Source: Chitinophagaceae bacterium
Lineage (GTDB): Bacteria > Bacteroidota > Bacteroidia > Chitinophagales > Chitinophagaceae
Length of the DNA: 64,000 nucleotides
Reading direction: 5' to 3'
NCBI GenBank assembly: GCA_965279015.1
Contig: OZ257130.1
Span: forward strand, 575,723 to 639,722
Below, piece after piece: positions 49,475 to 59,959 of this stretch. The translations under genes were made by a program, and so were the position numbers. Below the pieces are notes generated by a model, which worked only from the letters and a program-made list of their open reading frames with translations, was not told the origin of the DNA and ran no database searches. How positions within the stretch are numbered: position 1 is the stretch's first letter; each line of letters opens with the position of its first letter.

Positions 49475-49571
49475 AAATGTAAAATCTAAAATGTAAAAGG
49501 GCATCTCATGCGGAGAAGCCCTTTTACATTTTATACCTGCCTGCCGACAGGCAGGTTCAATATTTTACATT
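49475..49571. repeat. 7-mer (AAAATGT) inverted-repeat element with a nested palindrome
   Basis: aaatgtaaaatctaaaatgtaaaagggc ... gcccttttacattttat[acctgcctgccgacaggcaggt]tcaatattttacatt. Confidence 0.8.
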
Positions 49572-49572
49572 C

Positions 49573-52494
49573 TTAATTTCTCTGCATTGACCTTTCTACC
49601 CTTCTCTCCATACCTGCGGGCATCTGCATTCCGCGTTGTTGCGGTTGTTGTCCTTTGCTAAGGTTGAAAGTAAAGGTGAGCATGAAATATCTTTTTAATA
49701 CCATAGAGTTAACGTCTTCGATATAATTATCTCCAACAGTACGGCGGATCGATTGATTCTGGTTCAACAGGTCATTCACTGAAAACTTGAGTTCGCCATT
49801 TCTCTTTTTGAACATCTGATGAGCAATGCTTGCATTCCATAAAGGAATTGTTTGGTTAAACCCTTCACCCAATCCGGTCATGATATTATAATCGAAATCA
49901 GTTGATACTACTAAATGCTTTATAGCAAGCAAAGTGAAATCCAATGAATAAGTCTGTGACCAATATACTAAATCTGGATCGGTACTACCTGTCTGTAACG
50001 AATAATCAACGTTGTTATAAGTAAGGCTTGCATTCAATCCAAAATTTACTTTTTGTTTGAAATCAAGGTTTACACCAACGGTTTGTGTAACCGCAATTGT
50101 CTTGGTGGTGTTTTTCTGGAAGTCAGTACCAAAATTGTAATCCTGGTCAATTAAGCTCGCATCTTTATTATAACGGATATTATTCGTTAAGTTAAAAATA
50201 CTTCCTTTCATTTTGCGAAGCGGCAACCCTACGTTTAGGTTTGAAAACAGTCCCATTATACCATCCATATTAACGGGCTTGATATACTGAACCGGACCAT
50301 TGGTTTCAATACTGTTTACGATTTTATTATAAGTATTGTTGAAGTTCAGGTTCGCATTAAAGAATTTAAATGAAGCCATGTTAAATGAACTATAGTTCAG
50401 GTTCATACTATTCGTAAATTCCTGAGCCAATCCTGGATTACCGGTTACAATTTGCAGCGGGTTGGTTAAATCCGGTACTGGCTGTAACTGTGAAGCTGTT
50501 GGCTGGTTCGTACGGCCGTTATACCGAAAACGAAGGTTTTTTCCTTGTTTGAAAGTATAGTTAAAAGAAGCTGTCGGGAAGAAATTAAAATAGTTCCCGG
50601 TAGTGGTAGTGTCTTTCCCTGTTAATGCGCGTTTGGTGCGACTTTCCAATTCAGATTGCTCTACTGCACCTCCGATTTGCCAGTTATACACTTTTGTTTG
50701 CACCCGGAAGTTAATGCCTATACGATGTGCAAAAAAATCATTCTCGAAATAGTTGGTTTGTGCCAGATTGATCTGATCATAATTCCCCGTAGAACTGTCA
50801 TATTCGTATACTACACGGTCCGAAGTGTTTCTATTATTTGCATAACGATAGTTTATTTCTATCAGCTTGTTCGGACCTACAGGTTCAGTATAGGAGGCTG
50901 TAACCGCATTGTTGTTAGACTTTGTTTCAAGAGACGAAACGAGGTCCTGGTTACGAACATATGTAATCGAACCATCCTTATTGTAAAAAGTGAGGGGTGT
51001 AAGGTTTGTACCGTCACCATCACTATGGTTAATATTGTTATTCAACCCAATAGTTAGTGTACGACCTATCTTGCCGAATTTATGGCGATACAATGCCTCG
51101 TTCCTTACACTAAACCCCTTCCGCTCATTATCATTGCGGCTGCTACCCGCTACTGATTTATAAGATTGAGATGGGGTACTTGAAATCGTTGCGTTGGAAT
51201 CAAAGCTATGTGTTTCGGAATGTTGCGCGGTAAAATTAGAAGTAATCAGGATTGAGTTCATCGAATCGATCTCATACTGAAAACGCAAATTTACCCGGTG
51301 ATTATTATTAATATTCTTTGAAGCACTCTCTGAAGTTAGTTGAGCGACAGAGTCGCCATAAAAGGTTTCACGTACACTACTGCGCCTGATTTGGTTCTCT
51401 GTATTAGAGAAGAAATAACTTCCCTGGAGTTCGACCTTAGATCCAAACTTATTGGTATAGTTAATACCAGCGTTTGAAGCACGGTTGATACCAGTACCGC
51501 CGCTACCACCACCGCCAACAGACATCGTGCGGGTTTGGCCACCACCTCCTGCTCCGCCACCACCAAAGCCGGCGCCTCCACCAATACCTCCACCACCTCT
51601 TGTTCCAAATCCTCCCATTGAACTAACGATATCATTGAATGAGAAAGTTGACTTATTAATATTATTTGATCCAGCTAATATTGACCAACGCTGATCACCG
51701 TTAAACTTATTGAAGCTTAACTGGCTTTCATAACGTTCATCGGTTCCATAACCGCCCATGAATCGCCCGAAGTAACCATTCCGCTTATCTTTTTTCAATT
51801 TGATATTGATGGTTTTCGCCCGGCTGCCATCGTCCATTTTCGTAAACTTAGCCTGGTCGCTCATATCGTCGAATACCTGTATGGATTCAATCATATCAGC
51901 CGTAATGTTTTTGGTAGCCATCTTGGGATCGGTACCAAAAAACTCTTTTCCATCTACATATACTTTCTGAACATTTTCTCCCTGTGCCGTTACATTACCA
52001 TCTTTATCAACCTGAACGCCGGGTAATTTTTTCAATACATCCTCCGCGTTGGCATTGGGTTTTACTTTAAAGGCATCAGCTTTAAACTCAACCGTATCTT
52101 TCTTAATAAGGATGGGAGGACCCTGCACCACCACTTCTTCCAGCGTGGTTCCTTTGCGGTCCATATAAATGGTATTCAGGTTAACTGTAGGGAAATCCTT
52201 GGAAATCATGAAGTTCTTGCTCCAGTTATCAAAGCCCTGGAAACTTACTACCACCTTATACATCCCTGCCGGCAGGTCTTTTATTTCAAATTCGCCTTTA
52301 TCGTTTGCAACGGTATAGGTTACTACTGATGAATCTTTGGGATTCATAACCGTAATAGTAGCTTTGGCCAACGACTCCTTTTTAACGGAATCCGCCAGTT
52401 TCCCTTTAATACCACCAATAATCTTGTCCTGGGCCATAGTACCCGAAACAAATCCTAACATCAAGAGACTCAGCAAGAAGTAGATCTTTCTCAT
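49573..52494 (-). CDS. Outer-membrane beta-barrel protein, paralog of 45447..48266
   Basis: EDVLKKLPGV, YVDGKEFFG, Gly-rich linker, YFMLTFTFNL. Start reassigned to 52494 (MRKIYF). Confidence 0.88.
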   Translation of the reverse strand: MRKIYFLLSLLMLGFVSGTMAQDKIIGGIKGKLADSVKKESLAKATITVMNPKDSSVVTYTVANDKGEFEIKDLPAGMYKVVVSFQGFDNWSKNFMISKDFPTVNLNTIYMDRKGTTLEEVVVQGPPILIKKDTVEFKADAFKVKPNANAEDVLKKLPGVQVDKDGNVTAQGENVQKVYVDGKEFFGTDPKMATKNITADMIESIQVFDDMSDQAKFTKMDDGSRAKTINIKLKKDKRNGYFGRFMGGYGTDERYESQLSFNKFNGDQRWSILAGSNNINKSTFSFNDIVSSMGGFGTRGGGGIGGGAGFGGGGAGGGGQTRTMSVGGGGSGGTGINRASNAGINYTNKFGSKVELQGSYFFSNTENQIRRSSVRETFYGDSVAQLTSESASKNINNNHRVNLRFQYEIDSMNSILITSNFTAQHSETHSFDSNATISSTPSQSYKSVAGSSRNDNERKGFSVRNEALYRHKFGKIGRTLTIGLNNNINHSDGDGTNLTPLTFYNKDGSITYVRNQDLVSSLETKSNNNAVTASYTEPVGPNKLIEINYRYANNRNTSDRVVYEYDSSTGNYDQINLAQTNYFENDFFAHRIGINFRVQTKVYNWQIGGAVEQSELESRTKRALTGKDTTTTGNYFNFFPTASFNYTFKQGKNLRFRYNGRTNQPTASQLQPVPDLTNPLQIVTGNPGLAQEFTNSMNLNYSSFNMASFKFFNANLNFNNTYNKIVNSIETNGPVQYIKPVNMDGIMGLFSNLNVGLPLRKMKGSIFNLTNNIRYNKDASLIDQDYNFGTDFQKNTTKTIAVTQTVGVNLDFKQKVNFGLNASLTYNNVDYSLQTGSTDPDLVYWSQTYSLDFTLLAIKHLVVSTDFDYNIMTGLGEGFNQTIPLWNASIAHQMFKKRNGELKFSVNDLLNQNQSIRRTVGDNYIEDVNSMVLKRYFMLTFTFNLSKGQQPQQRGMQMPAGMERRVERSMQRN

Positions 52495-52582
52495 ATATAT
52501 TATACTAGGGGTGAAAACTACCGGATTGGACGATGCCAAGGGGGAAAACTTGTACAGGCGGTGAAATTAATTTGGGGGAGGG

Positions 52583-52690
52583 AGGTTTAAAGGTTTAAGG
52601 GTTTAATAGTTTAAGAGTTCTACCATTCACAGATGCATTCCGGATTGGGATAACCTTTAAACTATTAAACCCTTAAAACGTTAAACTTTT
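52583..52690. repeat. 108-bp 8-mer (AGGTTTAA) inverted-repeat element, copy 1
   Basis: Five 8-mers, 28-nt loop, five inverted 8-mers. Confidence 0.85.
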
Positions 52691-52705
52691 CTAACTTATT
52701 ACGAT

Positions 52706-53941
52706 CTACTCATTTACCCGATAATCATAGGGCATCATATCAGCTATTCCCTCCCATGCCCAATATCCATGCAGTATTATATCCTTCGCTTCATAAAAGA
52801 AGCCAGTTGGTTTTATGAAAATGGATTTGCCGTCTATAAGTTGCAGAGAAGATGATTGAAAAGGTTTCCGTTTGTTCTGTCCCTTAATTCTTGCATATGC
52901 CGCTTCTTCTGCTTCCTTGCGGTAAACCACCCGCAATCGATCCGCGAAACTCAATTGGCCTGTACTATCCGTAATTTTTGTTATTAATGAATAAGAATAC
53001 GACTGTATAGAATCCACCTGTTCAAAAAAATCCGATTGTTGAATAATCTTATTATAATAAGTCATTGAATCCTTCTTCCTGGGATTTCCGAAAACAAAGG
53101 TTTGATTACTCCGTGGATCGGAAAATACCCGCAATCCAAGTGAATCTTCCATTACTCTTCTCACCCGGTTTTTCTCCACATTAACCTTCCACCTTTCCTC
53201 ATATATTTCAAAACCATCTTGAACAAGTTGATCATGGTAGAGTGCAAACATAAAATGATTCAACGATCCCTGATAAGTTTCTTTGCGGTTCACTTTCCAT
53301 TCACTTCTCCGCTTATTCCCTTTCAACATCTTATCTGAAAAAAAACAAAACCCTTTAAAGAATACGGCTTTAGTTTCAAAATCATAAACAAACTCTTCCA
53401 GATCGAATTGAATCGAATAACCAAGCGCCTCGTTCTCTAATTGCAACGGCACCGTTGAAATAACCTGCAACCTGTTTCCTTTATCTGTTCTTCTGAATTG
53501 AAGTGCCTCGTGGTTTTTCAATTTCGATTTTCGAGCATTCCCGGACCTGCCTATAAAATTATTCCTGAAAAGCTCTCCCCAGCGAATCCAACCATCCTTT
53601 TCAAATGGTTCAACAACTACTGCAGTTAGTTCAACCGCTTTAGGCTTTAGCCAGATTATTAAAAAGGGAATTGATTCGTCTGTGTTGATGAGTATCCGCT
53701 GCGTTTCATATCCAACGCAGGAGAAAATCAGCTCATGTTTACCGGCTGGTACATTACTCAACGTGAATTCACCGTTCTTCCCGGATAGGGTCCCAATGGA
53801 AGTCTGATTCAGGTATATACTTACCCGGATGAGTGTGTCACCGGCTATTTCACTTTTAACCTCTCCCTTAATAGTAAATAGGGATTGGGAGAGTCCAATT
53901 TTTGATAGTATGAGAAACAGGATGAATGAAACGGTTCTCAT
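52706..53941 (-). CDS. Carboxypeptidase-like regulatory domain protein
   Basis: Signal peptide; IGTLSGKNGEFTL, FSCVGYE, NEALGYSI, AWEGIADMMPYDY. Confidence 0.8.
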   Translation of the reverse strand: MRTVSFILFLILSKIGLSQSLFTIKGEVKSEIAGDTLIRVSIYLNQTSIGTLSGKNGEFTLSNVPAGKHELIFSCVGYETQRILINTDESIPFLIIWLKPKAVELTAVVVEPFEKDGWIRWGELFRNNFIGRSGNARKSKLKNHEALQFRRTDKGNRLQVISTVPLQLENEALGYSIQFDLEEFVYDFETKAVFFKGFCFFSDKMLKGNKRRSEWKVNRKETYQGSLNHFMFALYHDQLVQDGFEIYEERWKVNVEKNRVRRVMEDSLGLRVFSDPRSNQTFVFGNPRKKDSMTYYNKIIQQSDFFEQVDSIQSYSYSLITKITDSTGQLSFADRLRVVYRKEAEEAAYARIKGQNKRKPFQSSSLQLIDGKSIFIKPTGFFYEAKDIILHGYWAWEGIADMMPYDYRVNE

Positions 53942-53954
53942 GTGTTATAACAGA

Positions 53955-54062
53955 CGGTTTTAGAGTTTAAGGGTTAAAAGGTTTAAAGGTTTTTCCATTC
54001 ATGAGTTCATCACGGATTGAGGCAACCCTTAAACTCTTAAACCCTTAAACCTTTAAACTTTC
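53955..54062. repeat. 108-bp 8-mer inverted-repeat element, copy 2
   Basis: Same layout as 52583-52690; loops 19/28 identical. Confidence 0.85.
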
Positions 54063-57000
54063 TTAACTAAACAAATACTCCACATCCTCTCTCGACAAAC
54101 TCTTCACAAATCCTTCATCGTCGGTGATGAGGTCGCGGGCCAATATGCGTTTCTTTTCCTGAAGCGAGATGATCTTGTCCTCAATCGTGTCTTTACAAAT
54201 CATCCGGTAGGCGAAGATATTTTTCGTTTGCCCGATCCGGTGTGTACGGTCGATGGCCTGTTGCTCCACCGCGGGGTTCCACCAGGGGTCAACGATATAT
54301 ACATAGTCGGCAGCGGTCAAGTTTAATCCCACCCCACCCGCTTTAAGTGATATTAAAAATACGCGGCAATTATCATCATTCTGGAAACGCTGGATCGCTC
54401 TTTCTCTTTCAATGGCTGTTGTACTACCATCGAAATATTCAAAATCGATTTCCAGTTCTTTCAACTTCCCTTTGATCAGCGCCAGCATACCGAGGAACTG
54501 CGAAAAGATAAGCGCCTTATGATTACCCATGTTCTCCGAAATCTCGCGACCGATCTCTTCTAACTTAATAGAATGATTGGGGAATTTTTCCGTTTCATTC
54601 ATAATTGCCGGCGAATCGCAGATCTGACGCAGTTTCATTAACCCTTGCAAAATGGTGAGCTGCGATTTTTGGATGCCATTTGATTCGATAGTACCCAATA
54701 TCTTATCACGGAAATCGTTGCGATAAGCATCGTAAATACTGCGTTGCTCTTCCTGCATTTCGCAGAAGAGAATAGTTTCCACTTTTTCCGGAAGATCTTT
54801 CGCTACCTGTTCCTTGGTTCTCCGCAATATAAAAGGGAATAATAATTTACGCAAGTGATCCTTGCGATCGGGCTCTCCGAATTTATCAATCGGAATAGCA
54901 AATTCCTGGCGGAAGAATTCCATACTACCCAACATTCCGGGATTCAGGAAATTCATCTGCGCGAAAATATCGAAGGTATTATTCTGTAATGGCGTACCGC
55001 TTAAGCAAAGACGGTTCTTTGCATTCAACAATGAAGCCGCTCTTGTTACTTTGCTCGATGGGTTCTTGATCGCCTGCGATTCATCCAATACCACATAATC
55101 AAAAGGAATATCTACCAATAACTTTATATCGCTACGTAATGTTCCATACGTTGTGATCACAATATTCGAGCGGGTAAATTCTTCTTTCAATCGTGTACGT
55201 TCTCCACCATGATGGATATGATAGGTTAAGGAAGGTGTAAATTTTTTGATCTCATTCTCCCAGTTAAACATCAGCGTGGTAGGACAAACCACCAGGGCCG
55301 TCAGTTTTTCATGCGTCTGTTTAAAATAATGGAGATACGATAATGCCTGTACGGTTTTCCCCAAACCCATATCATCGGCCAGTATCCCACCCCATCCTAC
55401 TTCACTGAGATAATTGAGCCAATGAAAACCATGTTCTTGGTAAGGACGCAGGATATGCACGAGGTGTTCGGGAACAGGGATCTCCTTGATCTTATTAAAA
55501 TTCTTCAGTTGCTCGTATTTCTCTTCCAGCTTCACCACCAATTCTTCTTCGCTTCGTTCATCATACAATTCATCGATCACACTCATGTGGTATTTCGATA
55601 GCTTAAGCTGGTTCTGTTTTCCTTCGCCCACCCTAAACAGTAAGGAATATTTCTTTATCCACTCTTCGGGTAATATTCCCAGGGTTCCATCCTGCAAGGG
55701 GACAAACTGCTGGCGATTGGCCAATGCTTTCTTTACATCGGCAATCGTTACTTTCTGATCGCCGAATACAATATCCACCCGTGCATCGAACCAATCGGTA
55801 TTGCTGCTGATATGAATCTTTGTCTGCGGTTTAGCGGTATTGAAACGGAAGTTCTTCAATGCATCGTGTCCAAACACCGGCACTTTCATATCCCGCATGG
55901 CATCTACAAACAAGAAGAACCAGTTATTGCGTAATACTTCCGTTCCTTTTAATGCAAGTTGATTGCCCCCCTCAGGACGGATAAAATTAGAATGCAACGC
56001 TTCCAGTTTTTGCATGAACTGCAATTCTTTCTCACGATTGCGGTGAACGATCATTACTTTCTCTCCATCGGGTATGATCAGTTCATCTTTTCCGCCAGGT
56101 CTTGTTTCAAATCCTTTATAAGTGAACAGCGGTTGAAATACGAGATAATCCCCTTTCTCCTGCAACACAATTCTCTTTTCGGGATCCCCGTCTTTTATTT
56201 CGCTTACGATAGCGGGATCAAATTCAACATGGTACTCACGGGTAAGCGGTAATATGAATTGAAGCAATTGTTCGGACCAGTTCGATTTGGTGATGCTTAG
56301 TTTTCCTTTGGAATGAAACTTCATCACCAGGTTCACATCCTCCGGTTTCTGCCAGAGATATAAATTTTCTTCATAGAAAAACAACAGGCTGCTATCGATA
56401 TTATTTTCCGCTACCGATATTTCCTTGCCATTAATCTTTGCGCGGCATTCTATTTCGTATTGATTTTTTACCAGCGTAATCTTAAAATCAGGCATGATAA
56501 AATCGGCCACCATACCAATGGTTTTAAGATGTTCGGTTTTGAAAACCTTTTTTCCATTGAGATAAAACACAAACGGGCTCGTAGCTATTTCGCCAAAAAG
56601 TTTTTTCAGTTTAGGATGCAGGTATTCTACCATCAGCGACTTGGTATCTTCCGGCAGATCATCTTCTTCGTGATGAATGATATTTTCCCAGATTCCGCTG
56701 AAGGGGGAGTTGCGGTTCAGGTATTTAGTGATCTCTGTTTCATGCATTTTGCGCAAAGCAGGAATCAGTAACTGATCATTTTCATTATAGCCTTCCGTAG
56801 TGATGAATTTGCTGAGGTCGAGCCTCTCCACTTTTCCTATAAAAGCGGAAAAATCATCGTTACTTTCTCCGCTTACTGCATCCATTGCGAAGCCCGGGTA
56901 CCCCACCTGGTTAAAGTTGAACACAACCCCTACCCGTTTTGTTATACCGTTTGCTTTTTCTTCTTCGGTTGCTTCCGCCACATCCACCGGCTCGGGTTCG

Positions 57001-57827
57001 GGCAATTTGAACCGGGGTTTATTGAGATCCTGTGGTGTTACGCGTTTAATAGACATATCGAGAACGCGTAAAAACGGTTTGCCTTCTTTATAAGTAAACT
57101 CAAATTTTCCTTCGAGATTATCGCTGAGCGAATAACCGTATGCTTCCAGCAGTTTATTTTTTTCTTTATCCCAATTACGGATGGTATCAAAATAATAAGG
57201 TCCATACGCATTCAGCAACTGTATGAACACAATCACTTTCGGCAGGCAAAGTGGGTGCTGTGTATCTTCATAAGGACAACTGGTATCAAAATTTCGTTCC
57301 TCGTTCTTACGGATCACAACGGGATAGGCAACCCCATCAATCTCCACCGTTGCTTTTACCATTTCCTCTTTAGCATATTCAATATTTACCCGCTGGGTGC
57401 GCAGATAAGCTTCCGCTTCCTGGTAAGTATTGGGTGATGATAACAGTCGCAATGTTTTGAGGTCGATGAATTTCATCTTCACGACGGTATGCTTTTGATC
57501 GTAGGTGGAGTCTTGCGACTTCAGCATATTGCGATCGAGCATTTCCTGTAGTTGAATCAGTGAAGCGGCTTCATGGCGACAAATATCTCCGAGGTTATAA
57601 GGACAAGCGCAGCGAAGGGATAAGGAACGGGGGTCCTTGAACTTTTGAATATGCACTTTGTAATAAGTAGCATAGCTATCGTCCTTCACGCGGAAAGTGA
57701 CTGAATCCAGTAATTCATCAAAATCCACCAGTTCAACATAACCGATAGCGTGAATCTTCTTCCCACGACGTATCACTTCATCAGTTCCATGGGTGTAAAC
57801 ATACTTGGTAAGATGCGGTAGAGCCAT
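54063..57827 (-). CDS. SWIM zinc finger plus SNF2-family helicase-like ATPase
   Basis: CACP...CRH SWIM, LADDMGLGKT, LDESQAIKN, QAIDRTHRIGQ. Confidence 0.95.
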   Translation of the reverse strand: MALPHLTKYVYTHGTDEVIRRGKKIHAIGYVELVDFDELLDSVTFRVKDDSYATYYKVHIQKFKDPRSLSLRCACPYNLGDICRHEAASLIQLQEMLDRNMLKSQDSTYDQKHTVVKMKFIDLKTLRLLSSPNTYQEAEAYLRTQRVNIEYAKEEMVKATVEIDGVAYPVVIRKNEERNFDTSCPYEDTQHPLCLPKVIVFIQLLNAYGPYYFDTIRNWDKEKNKLLEAYGYSLSDNLEGKFEFTYKEGKPFLRVLDMSIKRVTPQDLNKPRFKLPEPEPVDVAEATEEEKANGITKRVGVVFNFNQVGYPGFAMDAVSGESNDDFSAFIGKVERLDLSKFITTEGYNENDQLLIPALRKMHETEITKYLNRNSPFSGIWENIIHHEEDDLPEDTKSLMVEYLHPKLKKLFGEIATSPFVFYLNGKKVFKTEHLKTIGMVADFIMPDFKITLVKNQYEIECRAKINGKEISVAENNIDSSLLFFYEENLYLWQKPEDVNLVMKFHSKGKLSITKSNWSEQLLQFILPLTREYHVEFDPAIVSEIKDGDPEKRIVLQEKGDYLVFQPLFTYKGFETRPGGKDELIIPDGEKVMIVHRNREKELQFMQKLEALHSNFIRPEGGNQLALKGTEVLRNNWFFLFVDAMRDMKVPVFGHDALKNFRFNTAKPQTKIHISSNTDWFDARVDIVFGDQKVTIADVKKALANRQQFVPLQDGTLGILPEEWIKKYSLLFRVGEGKQNQLKLSKYHMSVIDELYDERSEEELVVKLEEKYEQLKNFNKIKEIPVPEHLVHILRPYQEHGFHWLNYLSEVGWGGILADDMGLGKTVQALSYLHYFKQTHEKLTALVVCPTTLMFNWENEIKKFTPSLTYHIHHGGERTRLKEEFTRSNIVITTYGTLRSDIKLLVDIPFDYVVLDESQAIKNPSSKVTRAASLLNAKNRLCLSGTPLQNNTFDIFAQMNFLNPGMLGSMEFFRQEFAIPIDKFGEPDRKDHLRKLLFPFILRRTKEQVAKDLPEKVETILFCEMQEEQRSIYDAYRNDFRDKILGTIESNGIQKSQLTILQGLMKLRQICDSPAIMNETEKFPNHSIKLEEIGREISENMGNHKALIFSQFLGMLALIKGKLKELEIDFEYFDGSTTAIERERAIQRFQNDDNCRVFLISLKAGGVGLNLTAADYVYIVDPWWNPAVEQQAIDRTHRIGQTKNIFAYRMICKDTIEDKIISLQEKKRILARDLITDDEGFVKSLSREDVEYLFS

Positions 57828-57951
57828 TCTTTTTTCGATTTACGGTTAGCAGTCAACCATCCCACAGTATCAGCCATTTCTGTTCGGTTGCTCCCTGCCA
57901 GGTCTTTCAAGGCCAATTGACAAAAGTAAAGGAAAATTGGCGAGTAAAAGC

Positions 57952-58072
57952 AATTGGGGATTGGGAAATTGGGAAATTTCGAAATCGCTTAACCAGTCTG
58001 TCAAACTGCCTTTTTTCTTAGTCACTATACCTCAAGAGATTTCCCAATTTCCCAATCCAAAATTTCAAAATC
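57952..58072. repeat. 8-mer (ATTGGGAA) inverted-repeat element
   Basis: attgggaa attgggaa atttcgaa ... ttcccaat ttcccaat, between divergent genes. Confidence 0.8.
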
Positions 58073-58125
58073 TGTAAGTTTTGTAAAATCTTCCTAACAA
58101 ATCTTGGTACACCGTTTGGCAGCTA

Positions 58126-58133
58126 TACCTTTG
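58126..58133 (+). promoter_or_regulatory. -7 element TACCTTTG
   Basis: Matches TAnnTTTG, 25 nt before the M28 gene ATG. Confidence 0.55.
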
Positions 58134-58158
58134 CCACTTTACTTATAATCTAACCTGT

Positions 58159-59814
58159 ATGCTGTTGCGTTTTCTTTTTTCCCTATTCATATTATTGCCC
58201 GCTCTCCATATTGCTGCTCAAAAACTCAAAAAAGCGGATAAGCTAATAGTTACCAACCTGCAATCGCATGTTCGCTTTCTGGCTGATGATAAGTTGGAGG
58301 GGCGTCGTGCGGGAACCGCCGGGGAAAAGTTGGCGAGTGAATATATAGGAAGCCAGTTTCAGGGAATCGGTCTGCTGCCAAAAGGTACCAATAAATGGCT
58401 CCAGCCCTTTGAAATTAATGATGGCAAGCAGGTGAACTCCGCCACTCATTTTTTTATAAATGGCGCTGATCTTAGGTTGAATACTGAATTCTTTCCTCTT
58501 GTTATCAGTCCTAATAAAAGTACAGAAGCCGCTGTTTCTATAGCTTTGCCAGAGCGGGGAGTTCCCTGGTTCCTCGACCTGAAAGAATTAATGGAAGAAA
58601 ACAAAGACAACCCTCATTTTGATTTGGGTGAAGCTATCAAAACCAAGGCAAACAATATATCCGGCAAAGGAGCAACCGCGTTGATTATTTATAATACTTC
58701 CACAACACCCGATAATCTTGCTTTTAACGGAAAAGATCGCAGTGAACAAGCTACCATTCCCATATTGTATGTTACTGCCGATGCAAAGAAAAGATACCTT
58801 AGCGATCCGCAGGCAACCTTGGATATCAAACTTAAAATCGATATCGGCGATAAAAAAAGAACAGGCAATAATATTGTGGGTTATATTGATAACGGTGCGG
58901 CAACCACCGTTGTATTAGGTGCACATTACGATCATCTTGGTTATGGAGAAGATGGAAATTCGATGTTGCGGGGTACCACCGACAAGCTAATACATAATGG
59001 CGCCGATGACAATGCAAGTGGTACTTCCGCGCTGATTGAATTGGCGCGACTACTTAAAGCGAATAAAGGCAAACAAAATAATTATTTGTTTATCGCATTT
59101 TCCGGCGAAGAACTGGGTCTTACCGGATCCAAGTATTTTACGGAGAACCCAACCATTGATCTCAGCACAGTAAGTTATATGATCAATATGGATATGGTAG
59201 GAAGATTGAATGACAGCAGTAAGGCGTTAACTGTTGGAGGTTATGGAACATCACCCACTTGGGGAAGGTTGATTGTATCGGGAAAGGGAAAGAAAAGTTA
59301 TTTTACCATTAAGCTGGATTCAAGTGGAACAGGTCCGAGTGATCATGCCTCATTTTACCGGAAAGATATTCCTGTTTTGTTTTTCTTTACTGGCTTACAT
59401 ACAGACTATCACAAACCCTCCGATGATTTTGACAAGATCAATTATGCAGGGGAACTGCAAATCATAAAGTATGTTGCTGATATCATTGGAAAAACCAAGG
59501 AGCAAGGAAAGCTTGTATTTACGAAAACCCGCGAAACACAAACCAGTACTACTTCCCGGTTCAGCGTAAGCATGGGTATAATGCCGGATTATACATTTTC
59601 CGGAACTGGTGTGAGAGTTGATGGAGTAACAGATGGAAGACCCGCGCAAAAAGCCGGATTAAAAACCGGAGATGTAATTATTCAACTGGGCGATTTCAAT
59701 ACCTCTTCTGTTGAAACGTATATGCAAGTGCTGGGGAAATTTAAGAAAGGAGATAAGGCAAAGGTGAAGTATAAGAGAGGGGCGGAGGTTGTGGAGACAG
59801 AAGTTGTATTCTAA
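58159..59814 (+). CDS. M28 family peptidase with PA-like and PDZ domains
   Basis: LGAHYDHLG, GADDNASG, FSGEELG, SDHASF; C-terminal PDZ. Confidence 0.93.
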   Translation: MLLRFLFSLFILLPALHIAAQKLKKADKLIVTNLQSHVRFLADDKLEGRRAGTAGEKLASEYIGSQFQGIGLLPKGTNKWLQPFEINDGKQVNSATHFFINGADLRLNTEFFPLVISPNKSTEAAVSIALPERGVPWFLDLKELMEENKDNPHFDLGEAIKTKANNISGKGATALIIYNTSTTPDNLAFNGKDRSEQATIPILYVTADAKKRYLSDPQATLDIKLKIDIGDKKRTGNNIVGYIDNGAATTVVLGAHYDHLGYGEDGNSMLRGTTDKLIHNGADDNASGTSALIELARLLKANKGKQNNYLFIAFSGEELGLTGSKYFTENPTIDLSTVSYMINMDMVGRLNDSSKALTVGGYGTSPTWGRLIVSGKGKKSYFTIKLDSSGTGPSDHASFYRKDIPVLFFFTGLHTDYHKPSDDFDKINYAGELQIIKYVADIIGKTKEQGKLVFTKTRETQTSTTSRFSVSMGIMPDYTFSGTGVRVDGVTDGRPAQKAGLKTGDVIIQLGDFNTSSVETYMQVLGKFKKGDKAKVKYKRGAEVVETEVVF

Positions 59815-59816
59815 GG

Positions 59817-59954
59817 AATGTGAAAATGTGCAGATTAGAAAATGTGCAAATGCCTCAAGCGTACCATTCCTTATAAATCAGAATTTTACTTTTAGTCAAG
59901 AAAATTAAGTAAGAAGAATTTGCACATCTGCACATTTTCAAATTTGCTAATTTG
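59817..59954. repeat. ~137-bp inverted-repeat element (GAAAATGT/GCAGATTA 8-mers), copy 1
   Basis: 30-bp and 28-bp blocks identical to copy 2. Confidence 0.9.
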
Positions 59955-59959
59955 CCACC

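Noticed and set aside
51480-51620. Gly-rich GGN repeats as a separate repeat element
   Set aside because: Low-complexity coding linker that also appears in the paralog.
54063-57827. SWIM-SNF2 as a defence-system helicase
   Set aside because: It has the ordinary bacterial SWIM-SNF2 architecture and no methylase, nuclease or other defence partner adjacent.
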